Under the pieces are notes generated by a model. It had not been told where the DNA came from. It was given only the letters and a program-made list of their open reading frames with translations, and did not search any database. A stretch of 64,000 nucleotides of DNA from Macrostomum hystrix. Its lineage: Eukaryota > Animalia > Platyhelminthes. Location of the stretch: contig CATNEN010000012.1 in NCBI GenBank assembly GCA_950097015.1, forward strand, positions 2,356,001-2,420,000, read 5' to 3'. The translations under genes were made by a program, and so were the position numbers. Shown here in pieces: positions 24,068 to 37,099 of the stretch. The number at the start of each line of letters is the position of its first letter. Position 1 is the stretch's first letter.

Positions 24068-26630
24068 CGGGTTGTAGCCCAGGAGGGGTTGTAGTCTAGT
24101 AGGGGTTGTAGCCCAGGAGGGGTTGTAGTCTAGTAGGGGTTGTAGTCTAGTAGGGGTTGTAGTCTAGTAGGGGTTGTAGCCTAGGAGGGGTTGTAGTCTA
24201 GTAGGGGTTGTAGTCTAGTAGGGGTTGTAGCCCTAGGAGGGGTTGTAGTCTAGGAGGGGTTGTAGTCTAGTAGGGGTTGTAGCCTAGGAGGGGTTGTAGT
24301 CTAGTAGGGGTTGTAGTCTAGTAGGGGTTGTAGTCTAGTAGGGGTTGTAGTCTAGTAGGGGTTGTAGTCTAGTAGGGGTTGTAGTCTAGTAGGGGTTGTA
24401 GTCTAGTAGGGGTTGTAGTCTAGTGGGGGTTGTAGTCTAGTAGGGGTTGTAGTCTAGTAGGGGTTGTAGTCTAGTGGGGGTTGTAGTCTAGTAGGGGTTG
24501 TAGTCTAGTAGGGGTTGTAGTCTAGTAGGGGTTGTAGTCTAGTAGGGTTTGTAGTCAAGTAGGGGTTGTAGTCTAGTAGGGGTTGTAGTCTAGTGGGGGT
24601 TGTAGTCTAGTAGGGGTTGTAGTCAAGTAGGGGTTGTAGTCTAGTAGGGGTTGTAGTCTAGTGGGGGTTGTAGTCTAGTAGGGGTTGTAGTCTAGTAGGG
24701 GTTGTAGTCTAGTAGGGGTTGTAGTCTAGTAGGGTTTGTAGTCAAGTAGGGGTTGTAGTCTAGTAGGGGTTGTAGTCTAGTAGGGGTTGTAGTCTAGTAG
24801 GGGTTGTAGTCTAGTAGGGGTTGTAGTCTAGTAGGGGTTGTAGTCTAGTAGGGGTTGTAGTCTAGTGGGGGTTGTAGTCTAGTAGGGGTTGTAGTCTAGT
24901 AGGGGTTGTAGTCAAGTAGGGGTTGTAGTCTAGTAGGGGTTGTAGTCTAGTAGGGGTTGTAGTCTAGTAGGGGTTGTAGTCTAGTAGGGGTTGTAGTCTA
25001 GTGGGGGTTGTAGTCTAGTAGGGGTTGTAGTCTAGTAGGGGTTGTAGTCTAGTAGGGGTTGTAGTCTAGTAGGGGTTGTAGTCTAGTAGGGGGTTGTAGT
25101 CTAGTAGGGGTTGTAGTCTAGTGGGGGTTGTAGTCTAGTAGGGGTTGTAGTCTAGTGGGGGTTGTAGTCTAGTAGGGGTTGTAGTCTAGTAGGGGTTGTA
25201 GTCTAGTAGGGGTTGTAGTCTAGTAGGGGTTGTAGTCTAGTAGGGGTTGTAGTCTAGTAGGGGTTGTAGTCTAGTAGGGGTTGTAGTCTAGTAGGGGTTG
25301 TAGTCTAGTAGGGGTTGTAGTCTAGTAGGGGTTGTAGTCTAGTAGGGGTTGTAGTCTAGTAGGGGTTGTAGTCTAGTAGGGGTTGTAGTCTAGTAGGGGT
25401 TGTAGTCTAGTGGGGGTTGTAGTCTAGTAGGGGTTGTAGTCTAGTGGGGTTGTAGTCAAGTAGGGGTTGTAGTCTAGTAGGGGTTGTAGTCTAGTGGGGG
25501 TTGTAGTCTAGTAGGGGTTGTAGTCTAGTGGGGGTTGTAGTCTAGTAGGGGTTGTAGTCTAGTGGGGGTTGTAGTCTAGTAGGGGTTGTAGTCTAGTAGG
25601 GGTTGTAGTCTAGTAGGGGTTGTAGTCTAGTAGGGGTTGTAGTCTAGTAGGGGTTGTAGTCTAGTAGGGGTTGTAGTCTAGTGGGGGTTGTAGTCTAGTA
25701 GGGGTTGTAGTCTAGTGGGGGTTGTAGTCTAGTAGGGGTTGTAGTCTAGTAGGGGTTGTAGTCTAGTAGGGGTTGTAGTCTAGTAGGGGTTGTAGTCTAG
25801 TGGGGGTTGTAGTCTAGTAGGGGTTGTAGTCTAGTGGGGGTTGTAGTCTAGTAGGGGTTGTAGTCTAGTGGGGGTTGTAGTCTAGTAGGGGTTGTAGTCT
25901 AGTAGGGGTTGTAGTCTAGTAGGGGTTGTAGTCTAGTAGGGGTTGTAGTCTAGTAGGGGTTGTAGTCTAGTAGGGGTTGTAGTCTAGTAGGGGTTGTAGT
26001 CTAGTAGGGGTTGTAGTCTAGTAGGGGTTGTAGTCTAGTAGGGGTTGTAGTCTAGTAGGGGTTGTAGTCTAGTAGGGGTTGTAGTCTAGTAGGGGGTTGT
26101 AGTCTAGTAGGGGTTGTAGTCTAGTGGGGGTTGTAGTCTAGTAGGGGTTGTAGTCTAGTGGGGGTTGTAGTCTAGTAGGGGTTGTAGTCTAGTAGGGGTT
26201 GTAGTCTAGTAGGGGTTGTAGTCTAGTAGGGGTTGTAGTCTAGTAGGGGTTGTAGTCTAGTAGGGGTTGTAGTCTAGTGGGGGTTGTAGTCTAGTAGGGG
26301 TTGTAGTCTAGTGGGGGTTGTAGTCTAGTAGGGGTTGTAGTCTAGTGGGGGTTGTAGTCTAGTAGGGGTTGTAGTCTAGTAGGGGTTGTAGTCTAGTGGG
26401 GGTTGTAGTCTAGTGGGGGTTGTAGTCTAGTAGGGGTTGTAGTCTAGTAGGGGTTGTAGTCTAGTAGGGGTTGTAGTCTAGTGGGGGTTGTAGTCTAGTA
26501 GGGGTTGTAGTCTAGTGGGGGTTGTAGTCTAGTAGGGGTTGTAGTCTAGTAGGGGTTGTAGTCTAGTGGGGGTTGTAGTCTAGTAGGGGTTGTAGTCTAG
26601 TAGGGGTTGTAGTCTAGTAGGGGTTGTAGC
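24068..26630. repeat. Satellite, 17 bp unit AGGGGTTGTAGTCTAGT (~2.6 kb)
   Basis: Highly homogeneous tandem array just 3' of BARD1. Confidence 0.97.
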
Positions 26631-26702
26631 TCATTTTCGTACCAATTTTGTCTCATTTTTCTTCCCATCCCCATAAGAATATTTGCAGGAGGGCTGCGGG
26701 CA

Positions 26703-26940
26703 ATGGCACATCATTTGGTGACACTAGTCCCGCAGCCATAGAGGAGGCAATTCTGCCCATTCCGCTGACTCCTGAGCACAGATGCACACATACTGTAAGC
26801 AGGCACACGGTCACACAGGTGTGTACATCTGCCTTGACTTTCTCATGATCAGGCAGTGCACACTCTCACTGGGCCTCGGAGGTTGGTCCTCAAGGGCGTA
26901 AATTGCAGGACAAGCCCCCAAGCATTCTCACCGCGGCTGC
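26703..26940. mobile_element. Dispersed ~230 bp repeat, copy 1 (unclassified SINE or TE fragment)
   Basis: Aligns along its length with 41167-41386 (GGTGACACTAG-CCCGCAGCC, GCTGACTCCTGAGCACA, CACAGGTGTGTACATCTGCC, GGAGGTTGG-CCTCAAGGGC). Confidence 0.7.
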
Positions 26941-27397
26941 ATTCACTTACTGGTACTATTATTACTATTATTTATCTAGTGCATCTATGCCAGCTTAGTC
27001 AAAGCATTTCTCACTCAATAAGCAGCTTTTACAAGTAACAGACAAATTTCATTTTTTAGTTTTTATAGCAACAAATTTCAGCGACACCAATTTTACTTTT
27101 TCAAACGATCGATTGAAACGATCGATCGAGAAGCAACAAATAAGGCTAAAACAAAAATACATAATTGTGCAGTTAATAATTTGCCACCAGCGATCTGTTA
27201 CAGAGAAAATGCCTGCTGTCTTCAATGCTTGTCTCTTTTGGATTTAGCTCATTTTCTCTGATAGACTACTCATATTTGACGAGGAACGAGCTCGAAGTGC
27301 AGTGATTTGAGCTTACTGGGCGCCGGCCCCCAGTCCATGGACTGAACAGCTGTACACAGACAGTATTTGGAAGCTCCAAGTTTTTTAAAGAAACTTA

Positions 27398-28133
27398 AGG
27401 AGGGGTTGTAGCCCAGGTGGGGTTGTAGCCTAGGAGGGTTTGTAGCCCAGGAGGGGTTATAGCCCAGGAGGGGTTGTAGCCTAGGAGGGGTTGTAGCCCA
27501 GGAGGGGTTATAGCCCCGGAGGGGTTGTAGCCTAGGAGGGGTTGTAGCCTAGGAGGGTTTGTAGCCCCGGAGGGGTTGTAGCCCAGGAGGGGTTGTAGCC
27601 TAGGTTGGGTTGTAGCCCAGGTGGGGTTGTAGCCCAGGAGGGGTTGTAGCCTAGGAGGGGTTGTAGCCCAGGAGGGGTTATAGCCTAGGAGGGGTTGTAG
27701 CCCAGGTGGGGTTGTAGTCTAGTAGGGGTTGTAGTCTAGTAGGGGTTGTAGTCTAGTGGGGGTTTTAGTCTAGTAGGGGTTGTAGTCTAGTAGGGGTTGT
27801 AGTCTAGTAGGGGTTGTAGTCTAGTAGGGGTTGTAGTCTAGTAGGGGTTGTAGTCTAGTAGGGGTTGTAGCCTAGGAGGGGTTGTAGCCCAGGAGGGGTT
27901 ATAGCCTAGGAGGGGTTGTAGCCCAGGTGGGGTTGTAGCCTAGGAGGGGTTCTAGCCTAGGTGGGGTTGTAGCCTAGGTGGGGTTGTAGCTCAGGTGGGG
28001 TTGTAGCCTAGGAGGGGTTCTAGCCTAGGTGGGGTTGTAGCCTAGGTGGGGTTGTAGCCTAGTTGGGGTTGTAGCCCAGGAGGGGTTGTAGCCTAGGAGG
28101 GGTTGTAGCCTAGGAGGGGTTGTAGCCTAGGAG
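27398..28133. repeat. Satellite, 17 bp variant AGGGGTTGTAGCC(C/T)AGG with an internal block of the 24068-26630 unit
   Basis: Same family as 24068-26630. Confidence 0.95.
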
Positions 28134-28861
28134 GGCTGTGCTGTCGGCTGCACATCTGACCAATGGGGGCAGGTGTTATCAATTATTATTTGATTGATTA
28201 TTAAATCTAATTAATATTAGTTAGTTGATATTAATACAAAATATTAGATACAATTTTTTTTCATTTCTACTGGAAGTAGCGCTATTGGGGTGTTTTATTT
28301 TTTGAAGTCCTGTCGTATTTTATCTCGCCTAACATCTGTATCTTTTAGAATTGAGTTGAGTTTAACGAGATGTGAACAGGTTGGGCGAGTTCGGCTTGAG
28401 TGGAGCAGACAAGGCTCAACTCTGTAATTATCCCTATGATCGCTTTCAAGTTCTGTCTGACTCGATTCAAAGATGAGCTCCTCTGGGACTGCGATGTTGC
28501 TAGACTGAACGGAACGAATCTTTTGACTTCCTAACCCCTTTTCGATTTATCCCAATCCGGCCCAGCTCCACTATGGGGAATTCCCCGGCGCTCTGGTTGG
28601 CAACCGGGGCAGTAAAATAAAAAATTCGACCTCAATTTCGCATTTGTCGCTCTGGATTGGAAATTAATGGACCGCCCGGTCTCCCGCTGGCCATCTGTCC
28701 GCATGCTCATATCTAAAATGTTAAATCCCACAAAACTTATTCAGCTGCGGTCAATTCTTGTCAGCTGAGATGAGTTGATTTATGACGAATCGGAAATGTC
28801 ATGGATTAAAAAGCTATCGGGATTTTTAGTGGGAAAATCGGAGGTAAAAAATTTCGGAGTT

Positions 28862-29868
28862 TAGAAGTTTCGGAGCCAGGAAGTTTCGGAATTAGGAAGA
28901 TTCGGAATTAGGAAGTTTCGGAATTAGGAAGATTCGGAATTAGGAAGATTCGGAATTAGGAAGATTCGGAATTAGGAAATTTCGAAGCCAGGAAGATTCG
29001 GAATTAGGAAGTTTCGGAGTTAGAAAGTTTCGGAGTAAGGAAGTTTCGGAGTTAGGAAATTTCGAAGCCAGGAAGATTCGGAATTAGGAAGTTTCGGAGT
29101 TAGAAAGTTTCGGAATTAGGAAGTTACGGAGCCAGGAAGTTTCGGAATTAGGAAGATTCGGAATTAGGAAGTTTCGGAATTAGGAAGATTCGGAATTAGG
29201 AAGATTCGGAATTAGGAAGATTCGGAATTAGGAAATTTCGAAGCCAGGAAGATTCGGAATTAGGAAGTTTCGGAGTTAGAAAGTTTCGGAGTAAGGAAGT
29301 TTCGGAGTTAGGAAATTTCGAAGCCAGGAAGATTCGGAATTAGGAAGTTTCGGAGTTAGAAAGTTTCGGAATTAGGAAGTTACGGAGCCAGGAAGTTTCG
29401 GAATTAGGAAGATTCGGAATTAGGAAGTTTCGGAATTAGGAAGATTCGGAATTAGGAAATTTCGAAGCCAGGAAGATTCGGAATTAGGAAGTTTCGGAGT
29501 TAGAAAGTTTCGGAGTAAGGAAGTTTCGGAGTTAGGAAATTTCGAAGCCAGGAAGATTCGGAATTAGGAAGTTTCGGAGTTAGAAAGTTTCGGAATTAGG
29601 AAGATTCGGAATTAGGAAGTTTCGGAATTAGGAAGATTCGGAATTAGGAAATTTCGAAGCCAGGAAGATTCGGAATTAGGAAGTTTCGGAGTTAGAAAGT
29701 TTCGGAGTAAGGAAGTTTCGGAGTTAGGAAATTTCGAAGCCAGGAAGATTCGGAATTAGGAAGTTTCGGAGTTAGAAAGTTTCGGAGTAAGGAAGTTTCG
29801 GAGTTAGGAAGTTTCGGAGTTAGGAAGTTTCGGAGTTAGGAAGATTCGGAGTTAGGAAGATTCGGAGT
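28862..29868. repeat. Satellite, 16 bp unit GGAAGTTTCGGAATTA with ~80 bp higher-order periodicity
   Basis: Variant monomer GGAAATTTCGAAGCCA recurs in pairs about 80 bp apart. Confidence 0.93.
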
Positions 29869-30635
29869 TCTCTCACTGAAGTTTCTGAGAAGATCTTGTC
29901 TGCCGCAGATCGCAAACCCATCAACATGCCGGCCGGCCTGTGCCATTTAGAGTTTTTCTGCTCAAAGCATTTTTCATGAAGATTCTAATTCTATGACCCG
30001 GACGGACACAATATGAGTTTAGACTGCCCCATCCTGTGTTAATCCTAACTATGGAAGTCATGCGGGCTGCACTGTTGCTGGTGTTTCAACAAAAATGCGA
30101 TCCCTCATGAGGGCTGGGGACCACCATGATGAGATGCGGAGTTTGCAGATTGCACAGCTTAGCTGGTCAGGTACCCCAGTTCCCCAGTACCAGCATGTTC
30201 CCAGCGCAACAGTTCTGCCCTATACTCCTCTGTGGCACTAGTCACACAAGTTTAACAAGTTTTATGCGTATAATAAGCTATGGGAACTGCTCCGTACAGT
30301 TTGGGCAGGTTGCTGCCGCTGCTGCTGCTGCTGCTGCCGCTGCTGCTGCTGCTGCTGCTGCCGCTGCAAGAGTTTATTACGGGGCTGCTGTCTCCCAGAT
30401 GCCTCCCTTAGTTTATCCCCAGTTGAGTTTTGAGTTCCACCGCCGCCATAAACGCAGCCCAGTTTGTTGCTCGGTAAGTTGCTTTTTGACTCAGCTTTGT
30501 TGTGACACCGACCGCTGTTTGCAGTCGACAATGTCCCAGTTCTAGGCAGCGTTTTCCTATTCACTGGTTCACTTCTCATGAGCTTCAGGTTAGTGTTATT
30601 TTGAAATTGTGCAATTCACTCACAGAATGAATTTT

Positions 30636-33600
30636 TATATTCTCTCACTGCTGCTGTTCTACTCTCTCACTGCTGCTGTTCTATTCTCTCACTGCTACTG
30701 TTCTACTCTCTCACTGCTGCTGTTCTATTCTCTCACTGCTGCTGTTCTATTCTCTCACTGCTGCTGTTCTATTCTCTCACTGCTGCTGTTCTATTCTCTC
30801 ACTGCTGCTGTTCTATTCTCTCACTGCTGCTGTTCTATTCTCTCACTGCTGCTGTTCTATTCTCTCACTGCTGCTGTTCTATTCTCTCACTGCTACTGTT
30901 CTATTCTCTCACTGCTGCTGTTCTATTCTCTCACTGCTACTGTTCTATTCTCTCACTGCTGCTGTTCTATTCTCTCACTGCTGCTGTTCTACTCTCTCAC
31001 TGCTGCTGTTCTACTCTCTCACTGCGGCTGTTCTATTCTCTCACTGCTGCTGTTCTATTCTCTCACTGCTACTGTTCTATTCTCTCACTGCTGCTGTTCT
31101 ATTCTCTCACTGCTGCTGTTCTATTCTCTCACTGCTACTGTTCTTATTCTCTCACTGCTGCTGTTCTATTCTCTCACTGCTACTGTTCTATTCTCTCACT
31201 GCTGCTGTTCTATTCTCTCACTGCTGCTGTTTCTATTCTCGCACTGCTGCTGTTCTATTCTCTCACTGCTACTGTTCTATTCTCGCACTGCTGCTGTTCT
31301 ACTCTCTCACTGCTACTGTTCTATTCTCTCACTGCTGCTGTTCTATTCTCTCACTGCTGCTGTTCTATTCTCGCACTGCTGCTGTTCTATTCTCTCACTG
31401 CTACTGTTCTATTCTCGCACTGCTACTGTTCTATTCTCTCACTGCTGCTGTTCTACTCTCTCACTGCTACTGTTCTATTCTCTCACTGCTGCTGTTCTAT
31501 TCTCTCACTGCTACTGTTCTATTCTCTCACTCCTGCTGTTCTACTCTCTCACTGCTGCTGTTCTATTCTCTCACTGCTGCTGTTCTACTCTCCACTGCTG
31601 CTGTTCTACTCTCTCTCACTGCTGCTGTTCTATTCTCTCACTGCTGCTGTTCTACTCTCTCACTGCTGCTGTTCTATTCTCTCACTGCTGCTGTTCTATT
31701 CTCTCACTGCTGCTGTTCTACTCTCTCACTGCGGCTGTTCTACTCTCACTGCTGCTGTTCTATTCTCTCACTGCTGCTGTTCTATTCTCTCACTGCTGCT
31801 GTTCTATTCTCTCACTGCTGCTGTTCTATTCTCTCACTGCTGCTGTTCTATTCTCTCACTGCTGCTGTTCTATTCTCTCACTGCTACTGTTCTATTCTCT
31901 CACTGCTGCTGTTCTATTCTCTCACTGCTACTGTTCTATTCTCTCACTGCTGCTGTTCTATTCTCTCACTGCTGCTGTTCTACTCTCTCACTGCTGCTGT
32001 TCTACTCTCTCACTGCGGCTGTTCTATTCTCTCACTGCTGCTGTTCTATTCTCTCACTGCTGCTGTTCTATTCTCTCACTGCTGCTGTTCTATTCTCTCA
32101 CTGCTACTGTTCTATTCTCTCACTCTGCTGTTCTACTCTCTCACTGCTGCTGTTCTATTCTCTCACTGCTGCTGTTCTACTCTCTCACTGCTGCTGTTCT
32201 ACTCTCTCACTGCTGCGTTCTATTCTCTCACTGCTGCTGTTCTACTCTCTCACTGCTGCTGTTCTATTCTCTCACTGCTGCTGTTCTATTCTCTCACTGC
32301 TGCTGTTCTACTCTCTCACTGCGGCTGTTCTACTCTCACTGCTGCTGTTCTATTCTCTCACTGCTGCTGTTCTATTCTCTCACTGCTGCTGTTCTAATTC
32401 TCTCACTGCTGCTGTTCTATTCTCTCACTGCTGCTGTTCTATTCTCTCACTGCTGCTGTTCTATTCTCTCACTGCTACTGTTCTATTCTCTCACTGCTGC
32501 TGTTCTATTCTCTCACTGCTACTGTTCTATTCTCTCACTGCTGCTGTTCTATTCTCTCACTGCTGCTGTTCTACTCTCTCACTGCTGCTGTTCTACTCTC
32601 TCACTGCGACTGTTCTATTCTCTCACTGCTGCTGTTCTATTCTCTCACTGCTACTGTTCTATTCTCTCACTGCTGCTGTTCTATTCTCTCACTGCTGCTG
32701 TTCTATTCTCTCACTGCTGCTGTTCTATTCTCTCACTGCTACTGTTCTACTCTCTCACTGCTGCTGTTCTATTCTCTCACTGCTGCTGTTCTATTCTCTC
32801 ACTGCTGCTGTCTATTCTCTCACTGCTGCTGTTCTATTCTCTCACTGCTGCTGTTCTATTCTCTCACTGCTGCTGTTCTACTCTCTCACTGCTGCTGTTC
32901 TACTCTCTCACTGCGGGGATGCCTGTTTCTATTTCTCTCACTGCTGCTGTTCTATTCTCTCACTGCTACTGTTCTATTCTCTCACTGCTGCTGTTCTATT
33001 CTCTCACTGCTGCTGTTCTATTCTCTCACTGCTGCTGTTCTATTCTCTCACTGCTACTGTTCTACTCTCTCACTGCTGCTGTTCTATTCTCTCACTGCTG
33101 CTGTTCTATTCTCTCCACTGCTGCTGTTCTATTCTCTCACTGCTGCTGTTCTATTCTCTCACTGCTGCTGTTCTATTCTCTCACTGCTGCTGTTCTATTC
33201 TCTCACTGCTACTGTTCTACTCTCTCACTGCTGCTGTTCTATTCTCTCACTGCTACTGTTCTATTCTCTCACTGCTGCTGTTCTACTCTCTCACTGCTGC
33301 TGTTCTATTCTCTCACTGCTGCTGTTCTACTCTCTCACTGCTGCTGTTCTATTCTCTCACTGCTGCTGTTCTATTCTCTCACTGCTGCTGTTCTACTCTC
33401 TCACTGCTGCTGTTCTATTCTCTCACTGCTGCTGTTCTACTCTCTCACTGCTGCTGTTCTATCTCTCACTGCTGCTGTTCTATTCTCTCACTGCTGCTGT
33501 TCTATTCTCTCACTGCTGCTGTTCTATTCTCTCACTGCTGCTGTTCTATTCTCTCACTGCTGCTGTTCTATTCTCGCACTGCTGCTGTTCTATTCTCTCA

Positions 33601-34148
33601 CTGCTACTGTTCTATTCTCTCACTGCTGCTGTTCTATTCTCTCACTGCTACTGTTCTATTCTCTCACTGCTGCTGTTCTATTCTCTCACTGCTGCTGTTC
33701 TACTCTCTCACTGCTGCTGTTCTATTCTCTCACTGCTGCTGTTCTATTCTCTCACTGCTGCTGTTCTATTCTCTCACTGCTGCTGTTCTATTCTCTCACT
33801 GCTGCTGTTCTATTCTCTCACTGCTGCTGTTCTATTCTCTCACTGCTGCTGTTCTATTCTCTCACTGCTGCTGTTCTATTCTCTCACTGCTGCTGTTCTA
33901 TTCTCTCACTGCTGCTGTTCTATTCTCTCACTGCTGCTGTTCTATTCTCTCACTGCTGCTGTTCTACTCTCTCACTGCTACTGTTCTATTCTCGCACTGC
34001 TGCTGTTCTATTCTCTCACTGCTACTGTTCTATTCTCTCACTGCTACTGTTCTATTCTCTCACTGCTACTGTTCTATTCTCTCACTGCTACTGTTCTATT
34101 CTCTCACTGCTACTGTTCTATTCTCTCACTGCTACTGTTCTATTCTCG
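30636..34148. repeat. Satellite, 22 bp unit CTCTCACTGCTGCTGTTCTATT (~3.5 kb)
   Basis: Directly visible; source of the spurious 1234-aa ORF. Confidence 0.97.
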
Positions 34149-36004
34149 GTCTTCCACTGTTTCAATCTCTCTCTTATCTCTTTTTCCTTATCATTCTCCT
34201 TATCTTTATCTTTCGTTATCTTATCTTTCTATCTCTCTTTAACTGGCCTCTCCATCGTAGAGCTCGGCTCGACCTCAGCAGCAAATCCTTCAGCTCGAAC
34301 TGGACTTTCCTGATCCGATAAAAATCGATGCAGTAATATCCCCAGGGGATGAAACTGGGGTGGTGGTTGCTGGACCGATGCTGACAGCAGCAGCTGCCAA
34401 TCCTAATTGTTTTACGTCGGCAGCGGAAGCAGTTTTTTTCTCCACGTGACACTTTCCGACGGCCCGACAACTGTTCCATCGGAAGGCCCGCCCATCCTTC
34501 TCATTGCTGCTCTCCAGTGTTGCTAAGGCCCGGCTCTGGGTTAGTTACACCCTGACTTCTGCTTTCTCTCTCCTGTCTCATCCTTCATCCGCTTTCTATC
34601 TCCATTCCACCTCCCGGATTCTCCCAAGGGGATTTTTCGCTAATTTATTAACTCAATAAGCCATGAGCCCCTATCCCATGTCGCTAGCAAAACAGCAGCA
34701 TCAGCAGCAGCAGCGGCTTATTCAAGTCCCACGAGGATCTTATACGGAATCAGGCGGGGCAAAGCAGTGCTTGTCCGGAGACACACGGAGTAGCGACACA
34801 CCAGGAGATGGAGATGGATATCACCACTCTCCCTATATACCTTACTGGCTAGTAGAAATACGACCTAGCCAACACGTTCTGCCATTTCTTTTAAACTATA
34901 ATTTATCACTTGGCATTAAAATGGCTTTTAATGATTAGTCAAACTATACTCAGCGTGAGCCGATGATTAGGGAAAATTGGGGAGGGGAAATCTTCTCATT
35001 CCTTTGTCTCTGGGAGACATTGCTAAAGCGATAAGGTGCAGGGGCTGGAAAACTATTTTTTGAGTGATGGAAGAGGGAGTGCCTAAGTTTTAGAAACAAT
35101 CGACACTAGCAGCAGCAGCAGCAGCAGCAACTTAAGCTCTTATTGTTTTGTTCTTCCGCTAAAAAAGCGTGAAAGACAAAGTGAAAGAAAAATACAGGCA
35201 GAGAGGATGGCCATGCAGTCTGGATAAGAGCGGCATCCAGCATGTTTCTACTAGACCCATCATAGCTCCGCATCTTCCGTCTTCAGTCCGTCCCGCTGCG
35301 AGCAGTTCTCCCCACTCATGTTGAAGTCTATAGCTCCCAAAAGCAAAGTGGAGCCACAGAGCCCAGTCCATTGAAGAGCCACAGGTGCCACACGCGACAA
35401 GTGTTGAACGCTGAGAAGCCTCCTCTCTCCAACAGTCAAATGCTGCACTGCCCTGGGCGGGTCCTGCAGCTCCCCTATTACTCTTCTTCTTCTAAAAGCA
35501 GTTCTCCTCTTTTGCCCCTAAGCGTCGCACCTTGCTTGGCTGAGTTGTTCTCCCCCCCCTAAGTTCCTGTCTTCCCTTTTTGCTGTTAAAGCAGCGCCTG
35601 TCTTTATCGTCAAAGCTGCCAGCAGACTGATTCTCATCAGCGGAGGCAGCAACTTTCTGCAGCTAGCTCTCTCTGACTGCGAGATTTGCCTGCGGGCCAG
35701 GATTAGAATATTATTTAATGGATGGCCACGAGCTGTCGATCTAGCTGTCCAAGCTGCTATATTCGATGCAGATACGAGTACATTTCTGCGGAATCTGTTA
35801 AAGAAACTGGTTAAACAAATCACTTGAATCGACCGCATTTGCTTGCTTTGAGGCAGGGTAAGCCTGTTAGCCGACCCATCGGTCAGTAACCTTACTTGGA
35901 ACTATATATTGTTAAGACTAATTAACTGTCACATCCGCAGGAATAATCCAAAGTAGGACCCTAGGAATCTCCTACCAGTTGTGGTGGCCTGCCCAGCAGC
36001 CGGA

Positions 36005-37099
36005 ATGGACAATCTGCACAGTCAGGGCCACTTTGGCCTCACCGCCGCTGCCACCGCGGCCGGCTCTGCCGCCTGGAATCACCAGCATCAGCCAGCTGAC
36101 GATTACTACTCTGGTCAGGTTCAGCACGAGGACCAGCACCTGATGCATGCCCATCAGCAGCACCTGCCGCAGCACCAGTCCGTGCCCTCTACAAGCTGCT
36201 GGTACAGCGGCAATCACCACCTGGACTTCAGCCAGCAGGCCGCGGCAGCCGCTGTCATCGGCTTCCACTGCTACTCCTCGGAAGGACAGCAGCAGCCTCA
36301 GCAGCCTCAGCATCAAGCGATGCCGGCCGCCTACAGGACCGGCTCCTCGATGACTTCGAGCTCGCCGAGTGGCATCCAGTGGCTGGAGGAGGCGAAGGCC
36401 ATCAGCCAGACGCTCAGCCAGGAGACCATACGCGACCTGGAACAGTTCGCCGAGGCCTTCAAGCAGAGAAGAGTAAAGCTGGGCTTCACGCAGGCCGATG
36501 TCGGGCGGGACATTGCCCAGCTGAATGTGGCCGGCATGGGCTCGCTGTCTCAGTCTACAATCTGCCGATTCGAGTCCCTGACCCTCAGCCACAACAACAT
36601 GCTGGCACTGCGGCCAATCCTGGAGCAGTGGCTGCTACACGCCGAAGAGCAGTACGATATCCGTCTGCGGTCCGGCCTGCGCGAGTCCAAGCGTCGCCGG
36701 ACATCCATCGGAACTCCCGAGCGGCGCTCGCTGGAGGCCTACTTCGCCGTCCAGTCGCGTCCGTCCTCCGAGAAGATTGGCGACATTGCGCAGAAGCTCG
36801 GCCTGAAGAAGAGCGTTGTCCGGGTCTGGTTCTGCAACCAGCGGCAGAAGCAGAAACGGATTAAGATTAACAATGGTCAGGCGGACCTGCCGAACGCTGC
36901 TTTCGCGCCACCGAAAGGAGCCGTCGCCGCCGCAGCCGCAGCCGCAGCCGCAGCCGCCGCCGCCGCAGCCGCGGCAGACTCCAGTCAACTGCTTCCTCTG
37001 CCATCGCGCACCGGGCTAGGCCAGGATCTAGACGAGACAGTCAACTTCGATGGCCAGGAAGATCCAGATGTGGACGATGACGAAGAGTTTGCCGACTGA
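36005..37099 (+). CDS. pou4: Divergent POU class IV homeobox protein, single coding exon (~364 aa from first ATG)
   Basis: POU-specific domain FKQRRVKLGFTQADVG...SLSQSTICRFESLTLSHNNMLAL (the SHNNM motif is diagnostic for class IV) and homeodomain RTSI...RSLEAYF...VVRVWFCNQRQKQKR. First ATG at 36005. Possible 5' UTR intron 35858-35978; AATAAA at 37236. Confidence 0.93.
   Translation: MDNLHSQGHFGLTAAATAAGSAAWNHQHQPADDYYSGQVQHEDQHLMHAHQQHLPQHQSVPSTSCWYSGNHHLDFSQQAAAAAVIGFHCYSSEGQQQPQQPQHQAMPAAYRTGSSMTSSSPSGIQWLEEAKAISQTLSQETIRDLEQFAEAFKQRRVKLGFTQADVGRDIAQLNVAGMGSLSQSTICRFESLTLSHNNMLALRPILEQWLLHAEEQYDIRLRSGLRESKRRRTSIGTPERRSLEAYFAVQSRPSSEKIGDIAQKLGLKKSVVRVWFCNQRQKQKRIKINNGQADLPNAAFAPPKGAVAAAAAAAAAAAAAAAAADSSQLLPLPSRTGLGQDLDETVNFDGQEDPDVDDDEEFAD

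Noticed and set aside
24068-26630. Interstitial telomere
   Set aside because: The unit is 17 bp (AGGGGTTGTAGTCTAGT), not TTAGGG; the resemblance is limited to G-richness.
30126-30579. Poly-Ala / poly-Gln ORFs around a GCT/GCC tract; similar ones at 34663-34938 and 42460-42902
   Set aside because: Low-complexity trinucleotide tracts with no domain and no supporting splice chain. More likely regulatory or UTR sequence near the pou4 genes.
30609-34313. 1234-aa ORF
   Set aside because: Translation of a 22-bp satellite whose plus strand lacks stop codons. It cycles through all three frames, has no codon-level constraint and starts at a non-ATG codon.
35972-36988. Antisense and alternative-frame ORFs over both pou4 genes, GNB1L (49314-49868) and BAK (57102-57464)
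   Set aside because: Expected by-products of GC-rich coding sequence overlapping well-supported genes.
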